A stretch of DNA of 64,000 bases, taken from assembly GCA_016219865.1 (NCBI GenBank), contig JACRKF010000033.1, forward strand, positions 123,954-187,953, written 5' to 3'. A model generated the notes under the pieces. It was not told the DNA's origin and did not search any database. It saw only the letters and a list, made by a program, of their open reading frames with translations. This stretch comes from Candidatus Woesearchaeota archaeon. GTDB lineage: Archaea > Nanobdellota > Nanobdellia > Woesearchaeales > DSVV01. The translations under genes were made by a program, and so were the position numbers. Position 1 is the first letter of the stretch. Each line of letters begins with the position of its first letter. Positions 7,722-16,384 of the stretch are shown piece by piece.

Positions 7722-7882
7722 AAATCTGCTTAACCATCTCATCTTTATTGTTCATAAACTTACTCTGGCACTGAAAACAAACAGTATGTTTTTTTCCATT
7801 TACATCCTTAACATAAGTGCCAATTAACTTTTTCAAGAATATTTCTTCTATCTTACCCTTGCATATTTCACATTTCATCATG
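7721..7882 (-). CDS. small C4 zinc-ribbon protein (53 aa), not in the ORF track
   Basis: Reverse complement gives MMKCEICKGKIEEIFLKKLIGTYVKDVNGKKHTVCFQCQSKFMNNKDEMVKQI, with two CxxC pairs. It sits in a gap that would otherwise be empty. Confidence 0.4.
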
Positions 7883-7935
7883 TTTAACCTCGCTTATTGA
7901 TAAATTTATCTATTGATAAAGAAATATAAAAATAA

Positions 7936-8385
7936 TTAATTTATTTCTTCTTCATTAATATTGTCGTGATTATCAGATTCTTCATCATCAACTTCTTCAG
8001 ACTCTTTTTCTGTTGTATCATCAATCTCTTCTTCTTCATCAACACCAATTGGTTTTGAAGACTTTACTGATTCTTCTGTTAAATTTGCTTTGCCTACGAT
8101 TTCTAACTGTCCAAATTTGCCAGTTGATAACTGAAGTTCTCCTTGCCATTCATTAACATAGCCGTTTGTTATTTTTATTTTATCACCAATCTTTACTTTC
8201 TCAACTTGATCATTCCATAATGTCATAGTTGTTTGTCCAGTTTCATCTTTTATCTTAATATTGCATAATTTTCCAGGATTACCAAACTTTTGGAATTCCC
8301 TTGGAGCTGCTTTCTCAACAACATCGACAGTAATATCAACTTTTCCTTGTTTTGGCTGTAAATCTTTAATTTGCATAATTCTCAC
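7936..8385 (-). CDS. OB-fold nucleic-acid-binding protein (SSB/RPA-like) with an acidic C-terminal tail
   Basis: 149 aa. Beta-rich N-terminal domain (..GKLCNIKIKDETGQTTMTLWNDQ..) and a D/E-rich tail, typical of archaeal SSB/RPA-like proteins. Confidence 0.55.
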   Translation of the reverse strand: MRIMQIKDLQPKQGKVDITVDVVEKAAPREFQKFGNPGKLCNIKIKDETGQTTMTLWNDQVEKVKIGDKIKITNGYVNEWQGELQLSTGKFGQLEIVGKANLTEESVKSSKPIGVDEEEEIDDTTEKESEEVDDEESDNHDNINEEEIN

Positions 8386-8506
8386 CTTAATTATTGGAGT
8401 AATTGTAGATTTATAAAGATTAGTATTTTCGTGCTGTGTTGCATAAATAATAAACTATTATTTATGCAACACAGCATTTTTATACACCTCTCTCTTTCTT
8501 TGTAAT

Positions 8507-9211
8507 ATGCAGACAAAACTTCCTGGTGGTCAGATAACAAAATCTCTTAAACAATATTGCAGAAAACACAACATCACAAAAGCAGTATTAGGTGTCTCTG
8601 GGGGGATCGATTCAGCACTATGCGCAGCAATTGCAGTAAAAGCATTAGGACCTCAAAACGTAACAGCTTTGCTGCTTCCAGAAAAAGGAGTCACAAAAAA
8701 GCAGAATGTGGAAGATGCACTGCAATTGTGTAAGCAACTAAAAATTAATTATATTCTGCAACCAATTAATCCAATACTTAACACATATCTAAAAAATAGT
8801 GCATTCCCTCTAAACAATCTTGCAAAAATTAATCTCAAAGCAAGGATAAGAGCAACAATTCTTTACAGCTGCGCAAATACAAATAATGCAATTGTCATAG
8901 GCACAGGAAATAAGACCGAATTAACATTAGGCTACTTTACAAAATATGGTGATGGTGCTGTTGATATTCTGCCAATTGGTAATCTCTATAAGCAGCAAGT
9001 CAAAGAAATAGCATCCTTTCTAAAAGTCCCGCAACAAATTATTGACAAAAAGCCTACTGCAGAATTATATCGTGAACAAACAGACGAGCAAGAATTAGGC
9101 ATGAGTTATGAAGAACTTGATCATCGTTTACAAACAAATAAACTCACAACAGAGATAAAACAAATAATCAAGAAGAATCTGCACAAAACAAAACCAATAC
9201 CAATATTATAA
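8507..9211 (+). CDS. nadE: NH3-dependent NAD+ synthetase
   Basis: VLGVSGGIDSA (PP-loop), GTGNKTELTLGYFTKYGDGAVDILPIG, KKPTAELYREQTDEQELGMSYEELD. Confidence 0.85.
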   Translation: MQTKLPGGQITKSLKQYCRKHNITKAVLGVSGGIDSALCAAIAVKALGPQNVTALLLPEKGVTKKQNVEDALQLCKQLKINYILQPINPILNTYLKNSAFPLNNLAKINLKARIRATILYSCANTNNAIVIGTGNKTELTLGYFTKYGDGAVDILPIGNLYKQQVKEIASFLKVPQQIIDKKPTAELYREQTDEQELGMSYEELDHRLQTNKLTTEIKQIIKKNLHKTKPIPIL

Positions 9212-9240
9212 GAGAATTTTGCATTTTCGCAAAATTCTCT
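9211..9240. repeat. PAL2 palindrome, copy 2 (abuts the nadE stop codon)
   Basis: AGAGAATTTTGC-attttc-GCAAAATTCTCT. Confidence 0.55.
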
Positions 9241-9278
9241 GCAAAAGCTTTATTAACCTTCTTTTATTCTAAAACCAT

Positions 9279-11033
9279 ATGACACGAATAGCTATAGTCA
9301 GAAGAGATCGTTGCAGTCCTCAAGCATGTGGTAACTATCTTTGTATTCGTGTTTGTCCTGTGAATAAGCAAGGCGCTGATTGCATTGTTAAGGGATTAGA
9401 TACAAAAGCTCAAATTATTGAAGAAACATGCATTGGTTGCAATATTTGTGTTGTAAAATGTCCATTTGATGCAATTTCCATTATTAATCTTCCTGAACAA
9501 TTAGATAATTCACCTATCCATCGATTTGGAACAAATAAGTATGCATTATACTCGCTCCCAACACCAATTTTTGGTAAAGTTGTAGGTATTGTTGGAATGA
9601 ATGGAATTGGTAAATCAACTGCAATAAAAATTCTTGCAGGATTATTGCAGCCAAATCTAGGAGAAACAACAGCAGTTGATTACAAGAGAATAATTGATTT
9701 TTTCAAAGGCACAGAAACACAAGCATTTTTCGAGAAAGTAAAGCAAGATAAAATCAAAATCTCTTACAAACCTCAGCATGTGGATTTAATTCCAAAAACA
9801 ACATCTGGAAAAGTAATTGATCTTCTCAAGAAAGTTGACGAAAAGAATCAAACAGAAAAGATAGCGGAATTGCTTGATATTCAATCTATCTTGCAGCATG
9901 ATATAAAACAGATTTCAGGTGGAGAATTGCAGCGTGTTGCAATAGCTGCATGCGTGTTAAGAAGAGCAAATCTTTATGTTTTTGATGAACCAACTTCATA
10001 CTTAGATATTAATCAGCGACTGCAGATTGCAAGATTCATTAAAGATTTAGCAAATGAAGATACAGCTGTTATTGTTATTGAACACGACTTGATTGCATTA
10101 GATTACATGGCAGATGTAGTTCATATCATGTATGGAAAAGAAGGTTGTTATGGCATTGTATCTCAGCCAAAAGCTGCAAAAGCTGGCTTAAACACATACT
10201 TAGAAGGATTTCTCAAAGAAGAGAATATGCGATTTAGGGAATTGCCAATTAAATTTGAGATAAAAGCTCCTTTTTCAACAGCAAGAAAACAATGTTTAAC
10301 TTCATGGAATAATTTTGATAAACAACTTGATAAGTTTAAACTTTCTGTGAATGCAGGAGAAATTTACAAACAAGAAATTATTGGTATTCTTGGACAAAAT
10401 GGTATTGGAAAAACAACATTTGTCAAGATTCTTGCAGGAATCATGGAACCAGATGATGCAAAGATAGATCTAAAAATGAAAGTTTCTTACAAGCCGCAGT
10501 ATATAGAGAATAATTCAGAAGAATTAGTAATCAATATTCTTCATCAAGCTATTGCAAAATACAGCAATGAGATTATTAAGCCATTAGAACTTGAGCCATT
10601 ATTTACAAAGCAGATAAATCAATTATCAGGTGGAGAATTGCAGAGAGTTGCTATAGCAGAATGTTTAGCAAGAGATGCAACTTTATTCTTACTTGACGAA
10701 CCATCTGCATACTTGGATGTAGAACAAAGATTATCTCTTTCAAAAATAATGCGTAATCTTGTTGAGACAAAAGCAATTACATTGCTTGTTGTTGATCACG
10801 ATTTATTATTCTTAGATTATCTAAGTGATAGATTGCTTGTTTTTACAGGTGCGCCTTCATTTGCTGGAACTTCACAAGGGCCATTTGCAATGGAGCAAGG
10901 CATGAATACATTATTGAAAGAAGTTAATATCACATTAAGAAGAGATGAATTCTCAGGAAGACCAAGAATTAACAAACCAGGGTCGCAATTGGATAGGGAG
11001 CAAAAACAAACAGGAAAATATTATTATGGTTGA
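9279..11033 (+). CDS. abcE1: ABCE1 / RNase L inhibitor-type ribosome recycling ATPase
   Basis: N-terminal Fe-S cluster domain (CSPQACGNYLCIRVCP ... CIGCNICVVKCP), then two ABC cassettes (GMNGIGKST / GQNGIGKTT; LSGGELQRVAIA twice). Confidence 0.9.
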   Translation: MTRIAIVRRDRCSPQACGNYLCIRVCPVNKQGADCIVKGLDTKAQIIEETCIGCNICVVKCPFDAISIINLPEQLDNSPIHRFGTNKYALYSLPTPIFGKVVGIVGMNGIGKSTAIKILAGLLQPNLGETTAVDYKRIIDFFKGTETQAFFEKVKQDKIKISYKPQHVDLIPKTTSGKVIDLLKKVDEKNQTEKIAELLDIQSILQHDIKQISGGELQRVAIAACVLRRANLYVFDEPTSYLDINQRLQIARFIKDLANEDTAVIVIEHDLIALDYMADVVHIMYGKEGCYGIVSQPKAAKAGLNTYLEGFLKEENMRFRELPIKFEIKAPFSTARKQCLTSWNNFDKQLDKFKLSVNAGEIYKQEIIGILGQNGIGKTTFVKILAGIMEPDDAKIDLKMKVSYKPQYIENNSEELVINILHQAIAKYSNEIIKPLELEPLFTKQINQLSGGELQRVAIAECLARDATLFLLDEPSAYLDVEQRLSLSKIMRNLVETKAITLLVVDHDLLFLDYLSDRLLVFTGAPSFAGTSQGPFAMEQGMNTLLKEVNITLRRDEFSGRPRINKPGSQLDREQKQTGKYYYG

Positions 11034-11047
11034 ACGATGATTGAATT

Positions 11048-11803
11048 ATGGTTGAGTTTCAAGAAACAAGAACTAAAGAAATCTTTGGAGAAAAGAAGAC
11101 AGATAATACTATCTTATATTATTCGTTGATGATTATAACTGTCCTTGTTCTTTTCTTGTTTATCATTTTGGCAAATTATAAAAATTCTATCTACAACTTT
11201 CCATTCTATAAATATGAATATGAGAAAAATGGAATCTACACAAAATTTGACAAAGCAATAGTAGATAATGCAACAATTAATCTTTTCCTCTATCTGAATA
11301 ACAATCAAGAAAATATCACCTCTCAATTTTTTTCAGAGCGTGATAAACTGCACTTAATTGATGTAAAACATCTTATAAAACTTTCAAAGATAGTTTATGC
11401 TATAGTTTTGATTTTATTCCTTTTATCATTATTTGCGCTATTTTATTTTTATAAACACAAATTCAAGAAATCATTTGCAAAGATTCTTATTATTGCATCA
11501 TTGCTATACATTATCATATTCATAGCAATAGCAGTAAATCAGACAAATGAAACATTTCAAAAGAAGTTCATTGATATTCACTACACTCTCTTTGATAATG
11601 ATTATTGGATCTTAGATCCTGAGAAAGATAATCTGATTAACTTGTTCCCTCAGCAATTTTGGTATGATATTGTGGAGAAGATTCTTAAGGATACTTTGTT
11701 GTATGCAATATTTCTATTGATAATAGGGGTAAATATATTTATTTATGTTTATTTAAAAAATAAATTTTTCACGGCAAAGAATAAAAGCAATAGTATCCAT
11801 TAA
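11048..11803 (+). CDS. hypothetical polytopic membrane protein
   Basis: Several long hydrophobic segments; no recognisable catalytic motifs. Confidence 0.5.
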   Translation: MVEFQETRTKEIFGEKKTDNTILYYSLMIITVLVLFLFIILANYKNSIYNFPFYKYEYEKNGIYTKFDKAIVDNATINLFLYLNNNQENITSQFFSERDKLHLIDVKHLIKLSKIVYAIVLILFLLSLFALFYFYKHKFKKSFAKILIIASLLYIIIFIAIAVNQTNETFQKKFIDIHYTLFDNDYWILDPEKDNLINLFPQQFWYDIVEKILKDTLLYAIFLLIIGVNIFIYVYLKNKFFTAKNKSNSIH

Positions 11804-11826
11804 CCACATTAGTAGTCATAATTATA

Positions 11827-11863
11827 GTATTTTCTGAGTGAGCGAAGCGAACTCGGAAATACT
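11827..11863 (+). repeat. HP1 hairpin repeat, copy b
   Basis: AGTATTTTC-tgagtGAGCGAAGCGAACtcg-GAAATACT, followed by aaagCTTTAAATAg (TATA-like). Confidence 0.5.
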
Positions 11864-11948
11864 AAAGCTTTAAATAGTTATTCGTCATTCTGAAATTTCA
11901 TATAGCTATTAAAAAATAAAAAATTCAAGAAGAATAAGCGGTGATACA

Positions 11949-12185
11949 ATGTTATCTTATAAATTATTCACAACTCCAACCTGTGTTTATTGTCCTAAGG
12001 TAAAGGAATTTATGAAGACAGTAACATTAATCGGAGAATCAATTGATGCTTCTACTCCAGAAGGTTTTGAGTTAGCAAAAAAGTTTGAAGTTAGTTCTGT
12101 GCCGACAGTCTTATTCTTTGAAGATGATAAATTAGTTGGAACAACGCACAAAGTTGATGAAATAAAAAAGTTTTTGAGTATATAA
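11949..12185 (+). CDS. glutaredoxin/thioredoxin-like small redox protein (CxxC)
   Basis: 78 aa; N-terminal TCVYCP motif and a C-terminal ..VPTVLF.. thioredoxin-fold signature. Confidence 0.6.
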   Translation: MLSYKLFTTPTCVYCPKVKEFMKTVTLIGESIDASTPEGFELAKKFEVSSVPTVLFFEDDKLVGTTHKVDEIKKFLSI

Positions 12186-12404
12186 TCTAGATATTTCATA
12201 CAGTTAATCCAGTTAATCAATAGTTATAAAATTCTTGTCTCCTATCTTTGAAAATGTCATTATATTCATTGATCATTTTATTGATGTTGTAGACTGATAA
12301 TTTCTTATCTCCTGAAGAAAACCAAAGTTTTTCTTTATTGAATAAATGAATTTTTCTATAAGTATCGATTACTTTATTCTTCTTTTATTTATATTACTTG
12401 GCTT

Positions 12405-12442
12405 AGTTTTTCATGTGTGAGCGTAGCGAACACTGAAAAACT
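12405..12442 (+). repeat. HP1 hairpin repeat, copy c
   Basis: AGTTTTTCA-tgtgtGAGCGTAGCGAACac-TGAAAAACT. Confidence 0.5.
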
Positions 12443-12444
12443 AT

Positions 12445-15057
12445 TCATATTTCTGTATTCGTGCTTCCATGATACGCAACAGGAGAACTTCCACCGTGCC
12501 AGCTTATTCTTGGTCGTATTTTCATCGCATACATTCTTTCATTAGTGTCATCAAAGATAATTGCTGCACCAAATGTGCGCGGCAAATTATCTAATTGTGT
12601 AGTTAATCCTTCTCGCATATAACTTTGCATTAACGTTCCAAGTGCTTCTGTATCGAGTTTTGCTGTTATTCTATGGCTGATAACAGTATCGCTTTGTGTC
12701 ATGACATCTGTATGGATTTTTCCTGGCTGTTGTGTTGCTAAGATTAAAGAAATTCCAGGTTGTCTGCCTTCTCTAAGGATTGTAATTAAAGCATCGCTTG
12801 CTGCAGTTTTTCCAATGACTGGCAAGAACTCATGCGCTTCATCAATAACAAGCCAAACCATTGGCATATCTTGTTTTTCTTGTGGAGTCTCACTAAAATA
12901 ATGCAGCGCTGAATTTACTTGACCAAACTCCTCAAACTTTCTTGCAATCATTCTTTGAACGAATAATTTCTGCGCAATCAATCCAACAACAAGGCTTTTT
13001 ACAGCCCATCCACCTGGCATTGTTGCATAGCATGATACATCAAGAACAGTTACTTGACCCCCAGCAGCTAACTCTAAGAAAGGAGTTCCTTCTTTATCAA
13101 AAAGTCCCCATGATATTGTGTTCAAGAATCTATTTTCAACTGCATCTCGCACTGATTTCTCAGCATTAGTATCTTTTTTTACAGCAGCAATGATATCTTC
13201 AATTCCATAATCTATATTTTGTTCTTTTAATTGATTGACAATCCGTTCGATAAGTACGCCCATAGGATCATTTGCTGTAACATCAAATGTAAGCTGCCAA
13301 TCAGTTGCATCTAACTCACTTGGTTTTATTGAAAAAGGTTTGTCTGTTGGAATTCCTTCTTTTACATATCTTTTATAAAATCCAGCTGGCGTGTATATCT
13401 TGATATCAATAGGTTTTGATTTTAATTGCCATTCTTTCAATATCAGCTCATCTTTTTTATTAGGATATTTCATTGTCCAATAAACACCCATTGTATCAAG
13501 AATGATGACACTAATATTCTGCTTAACTTCATCAGGAAGATCACTAACACCCTCAGCAATGACACCCATTGTATAAGAGTTATGGACGATGATATCGTTT
13601 GCGATAAAATTATGAGTATCAGAAACAGTTAAGTCATATACTTCAAAATTACCTTCGATTTGCTGAAGTGAGATTATTTCATCCCAAAATATATCAGATG
13701 ATGCAAATTTCATAAGTAATTCAAATTCATCAGCTCTTGCAATCTGAAGTAATTTCTGTCGAGATGGAGAATAGCGTTTACTTTCTCTTAATGCTTTTGG
13801 ATGTTTATAACCTATTTTTCTCCCGATCTCTGCCCAATTATTTGGTGCATATAGATCCCATATCTCTTTTGGAATTGTATCAACGTTAGTATTGCGTATT
13901 ACTTGTGGTGATTCTAGTAAAGCAAGAGCAGCTCTTTCTTCTTTTCGTCCATAAAAACCAATTTCATTGATAAATTGATTTACATATTCACCATTAATTA
14001 CCAATTCATAAGCCGTATGAATTTCTTTAATTGTCCTATGCCTTAAGAAAGAAATTATACCAAATCGTAGTAAGAGATGTTGTACTTGTATAATCATTTG
14101 ATATGATGAAGAGCAATAAGAAACAGTCCATGTGCATTCACTTTTTCTATAAATTGTTCCATCACAAGAGAAAAGTCTATTCAAAAACAAAGATAATTGG
14201 TATTTTGGAAGAGTATAGATACATTCAGGTATGAATTTTTCTGGAGCAAGTTTATCATAAAGATTAAACTTTTCTATCCAGCTTCTTATGGAAGAATGAT
14301 CAAAATGAGGATTATTTACAAATTGTCCTTTGTCATTTCTATCACTTTGTTCATTCATCACTTTCTTGATTTGTGCAACACGAAAACAAAATTCATGGCT
14401 ATGATTTTCAACACGAAGATTTTTATCAAAATCATAAATACTTTGTTTGAAGTCATTTATTATCTTTCTATCTGAATTAGTAAATAATACAAAACCATTG
14501 CCAAGATGACCTTCTGCTATTAGGTAAGCAAGCAATTTAACTTCTGATTCTTTGAGATATTTATTTCCGAATGTTTCAACCTTCCTGGGTGTAGCAATTC
14601 TTGATGAAATGGAGAGTTTCTCAGCAGGAATCCATCCTTTTACTGTAAGCAGAGGATGTTCTGGTGTTAATCTTATTTTCTTTCCTGTTCTTAATTCAAT
14701 CTCAAGAAGTCTTGTAACTGAACGTTTATAAAACTGTGTTTTTAAACCTTGTTTTATCTTTAAATCTTCTGATAAAGTATATATGCTTTCATTATTCTCC
14801 GCAAGATCTTTAATTTTTCTAACACTGCCATCTCCTAATGGGATAATTGTATCCCCATCAAGACATTTTCCCCCTCCCCTTTTACCAACGATAAACACAA
14901 CGTGAGATCGGATAACATCAAGATAAATATTATTAGATAAAGAGGTAGTTTGTCCCATCTGGATGTATTGTCTGCCTAAGAATATTACTCCTTTCTTGCC
15001 AAACTTCTTCAGTTCATCCTCTGTTCTTCCAATGACTACGTCAAACATAATTTTCAT
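12445..15057 (-). CDS. HerA/FtsK-superfamily (DUF87-like) ATPase, interrupted by a LAGLIDADG intein in the P-loop
   Basis: Walker A FIVGKRGGGK|[intein]|SYTMGVIAEG; Walker B/DEAH-like VWLVIDEAHEFLP. With the intein removed the protein is about 441 aa. Confidence 0.75.
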   Translation of the reverse strand: MKIMFDVVIGRTEDELKKFGKKGVIFLGRQYIQMGQTTSLSNNIYLDVIRSHVVFIVGKRGGGKCLDGDTIIPLGDGSVRKIKDLAENNESIYTLSEDLKIKQGLKTQFYKRSVTRLLEIELRTGKKIRLTPEHPLLTVKGWIPAEKLSISSRIATPRKVETFGNKYLKESEVKLLAYLIAEGHLGNGFVLFTNSDRKIINDFKQSIYDFDKNLRVENHSHEFCFRVAQIKKVMNEQSDRNDKGQFVNNPHFDHSSIRSWIEKFNLYDKLAPEKFIPECIYTLPKYQLSLFLNRLFSCDGTIYRKSECTWTVSYCSSSYQMIIQVQHLLLRFGIISFLRHRTIKEIHTAYELVINGEYVNQFINEIGFYGRKEERAALALLESPQVIRNTNVDTIPKEIWDLYAPNNWAEIGRKIGYKHPKALRESKRYSPSRQKLLQIARADEFELLMKFASSDIFWDEIISLQQIEGNFEVYDLTVSDTHNFIANDIIVHNSYTMGVIAEGVSDLPDEVKQNISVIILDTMGVYWTMKYPNKKDELILKEWQLKSKPIDIKIYTPAGFYKRYVKEGIPTDKPFSIKPSELDATDWQLTFDVTANDPMGVLIERIVNQLKEQNIDYGIEDIIAAVKKDTNAEKSVRDAVENRFLNTISWGLFDKEGTPFLELAAGGQVTVLDVSCYATMPGGWAVKSLVVGLIAQKLFVQRMIARKFEEFGQVNSALHYFSETPQEKQDMPMVWLVIDEAHEFLPVIGKTAASDALITILREGRQPGISLILATQQPGKIHTDVMTQSDTVISHRITAKLDTEALGTLMQSYMREGLTTQLDNLPRTFGAAIIFDDTNERMYAMKIRPRISWHGGSSPVAYHGSTNTEI
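13579..14865 (-). mobile_element. intein (~429 aa) with a LAGLIDADG homing endonuclease, inserted after the Walker A lysine
   Basis: Starts with Cys (CLDGDTIIPLGDG) and ends ..NDIIVHN followed by Ser (+1). LAGLIDADG-like blocks LAYLIAEGHLGNG and LFLNRLFSCDGTI. Confidence 0.75.
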
Positions 15058-15096
15058 TTTGATTTTTAACTATATATATTTATCGGCTATTTCCCG

Positions 15097-15130
15097 ACTA
15101 AACGAGTGAAACGAGTTCGCAAATACTAAA
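15097..15130 (+). repeat. HP1 repeat, copy d (conserved loop core; stem imperfect)
   Basis: ..aaacGAGTGAAACGAGTTCGCAAATACTAAA, then CTTTATAAAC (TATA-like). Confidence 0.4.
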
Positions 15131-15166
15131 CTTTATAAACAAATCTCAATCCTAAAATCATCAAAG

Positions 15167-16363
15167 GTGATTATCTTGCCAGAAGAAAAAGTATCTGAAG
15201 AGAAAAAAGAAACTGAAACTCAAGAAACAGCTGAAAAGCACCATACTGAGCCTGTAAATGAAATGCATCAAGAGCAATTATTAAAGATTAATGTAAAACC
15301 AAAGAAAGATGATTCGGAAACACAAACACATCATGAATCTAAAGAACAAAGCGAACATAATGCACAGAAGCATCTTCACCATCATCCCCAGCATCATCAA
15401 CAAAAGAAACAATTTTATAAGAACAAATTCTTTTATGCAGCAGTTATTTTAGTCTTATTAATTGTAGGAATTCTCACAAGTTATCTTTTCATACAAACAA
15501 ACAAAAACACTTTAGTAACAGTCAATAATGAAAAGATAACTGCAGAAAATTTAGCAGATGAAATTAATTTATTACCTCCTCAGTACCAGCAAACAATTGG
15601 AAAAGAACAATTAGAAAAAACAATAGTAGAACAACTTATTGTAAAAAGATTATTACTTCAAGAAGCTGCTAAGAAACAGATAATTGTAACAGATGATGAA
15701 CTAAACAAAGCAATAGATGATTTTATCGCTTCAGTTGGTTTAACAAAGGAAGAATTCACAAAAAAGCTTCAAGAACAAGCAGGTTCAATAGATGCTGTTA
15801 AAGAAATATACAGGCAGCAATTGATTATTAATAAACTATTATCGCAAGAAGTCTATAATAAGATTATTCAAGATGATAAACAATTAGAGAACTATTACAA
15901 TGAAAACAAAGAAGATATTATACAGTTGCGTGCATCTCACATTCTACTCTGTTATAATTCATCAATGTTTTGCGCTAATAACAGGACAGAAGAACAAGCA
16001 AAACAATTAGGTGTTGACTTACTTAAGAAACTGGCAGCAGGAGAACAATTTGAACAGATAGCAAAGCAGTATTCAGATGATCCTTCTGCAAACAATGGCG
16101 GAGATTTAGGTTGGTTTGGAAAAGGAGATATGGTATTGCCTTTTGAAGAAGCATCTTTAAAATTAAATAAAGGTGAGGTTTCTCCATTAGTCAAAACACA
16201 ATTTGGTTATCATATCATAAGACTAACTGCAAAGAATGAATCATTTTCAGATTTAAAATCATTCATTGCAACAGCAACATCAGCAGAAAAGAAGCAAACA
16301 GCAGTAAAAGAATATATTGATGCATTAAAGAAAAGTGCTGTTATATTATATGCAAAGAAATAA
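15167..16363 (+). CDS. membrane-anchored PpiC/parvulin-type peptidyl-prolyl isomerase
   Basis: N-terminal His/Gln-rich segment, one TM helix, a chaperone-like domain, and a parvulin domain (ASHILL..., GGDLGWFGKGDMV, FGYHIIR). Confidence 0.7.
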   Translation: MIILPEEKVSEEKKETETQETAEKHHTEPVNEMHQEQLLKINVKPKKDDSETQTHHESKEQSEHNAQKHLHHHPQHHQQKKQFYKNKFFYAAVILVLLIVGILTSYLFIQTNKNTLVTVNNEKITAENLADEINLLPPQYQQTIGKEQLEKTIVEQLIVKRLLLQEAAKKQIIVTDDELNKAIDDFIASVGLTKEEFTKKLQEQAGSIDAVKEIYRQQLIINKLLSQEVYNKIIQDDKQLENYYNENKEDIIQLRASHILLCYNSSMFCANNRTEEQAKQLGVDLLKKLAAGEQFEQIAKQYSDDPSANNGGDLGWFGKGDMVLPFEEASLKLNKGEVSPLVKTQFGYHIIRLTAKNESFSDLKSFIATATSAEKKQTAVKEYIDALKKSAVILYAKK

Positions 16364-16384
16364 TCTTTTTAATTTTTCATTATC

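Noticed and set aside
11827-11863. HP1 hairpins considered as box C/D sRNAs or K-turn elements
   Set aside because: CTGA and UGA-like submotifs occur, but there is no consistent C/D/C'/D' box spacing or guide regions. I kept the call as an unassigned structured repeat.
12180-12440. Possible C/D-box sRNA (..ttgatgttgtagactgata..cctgaag) in the 260-nt gap
   Set aside because: Only a weak resemblance to box C (UGAUGU) and box D; no terminal stem was found.
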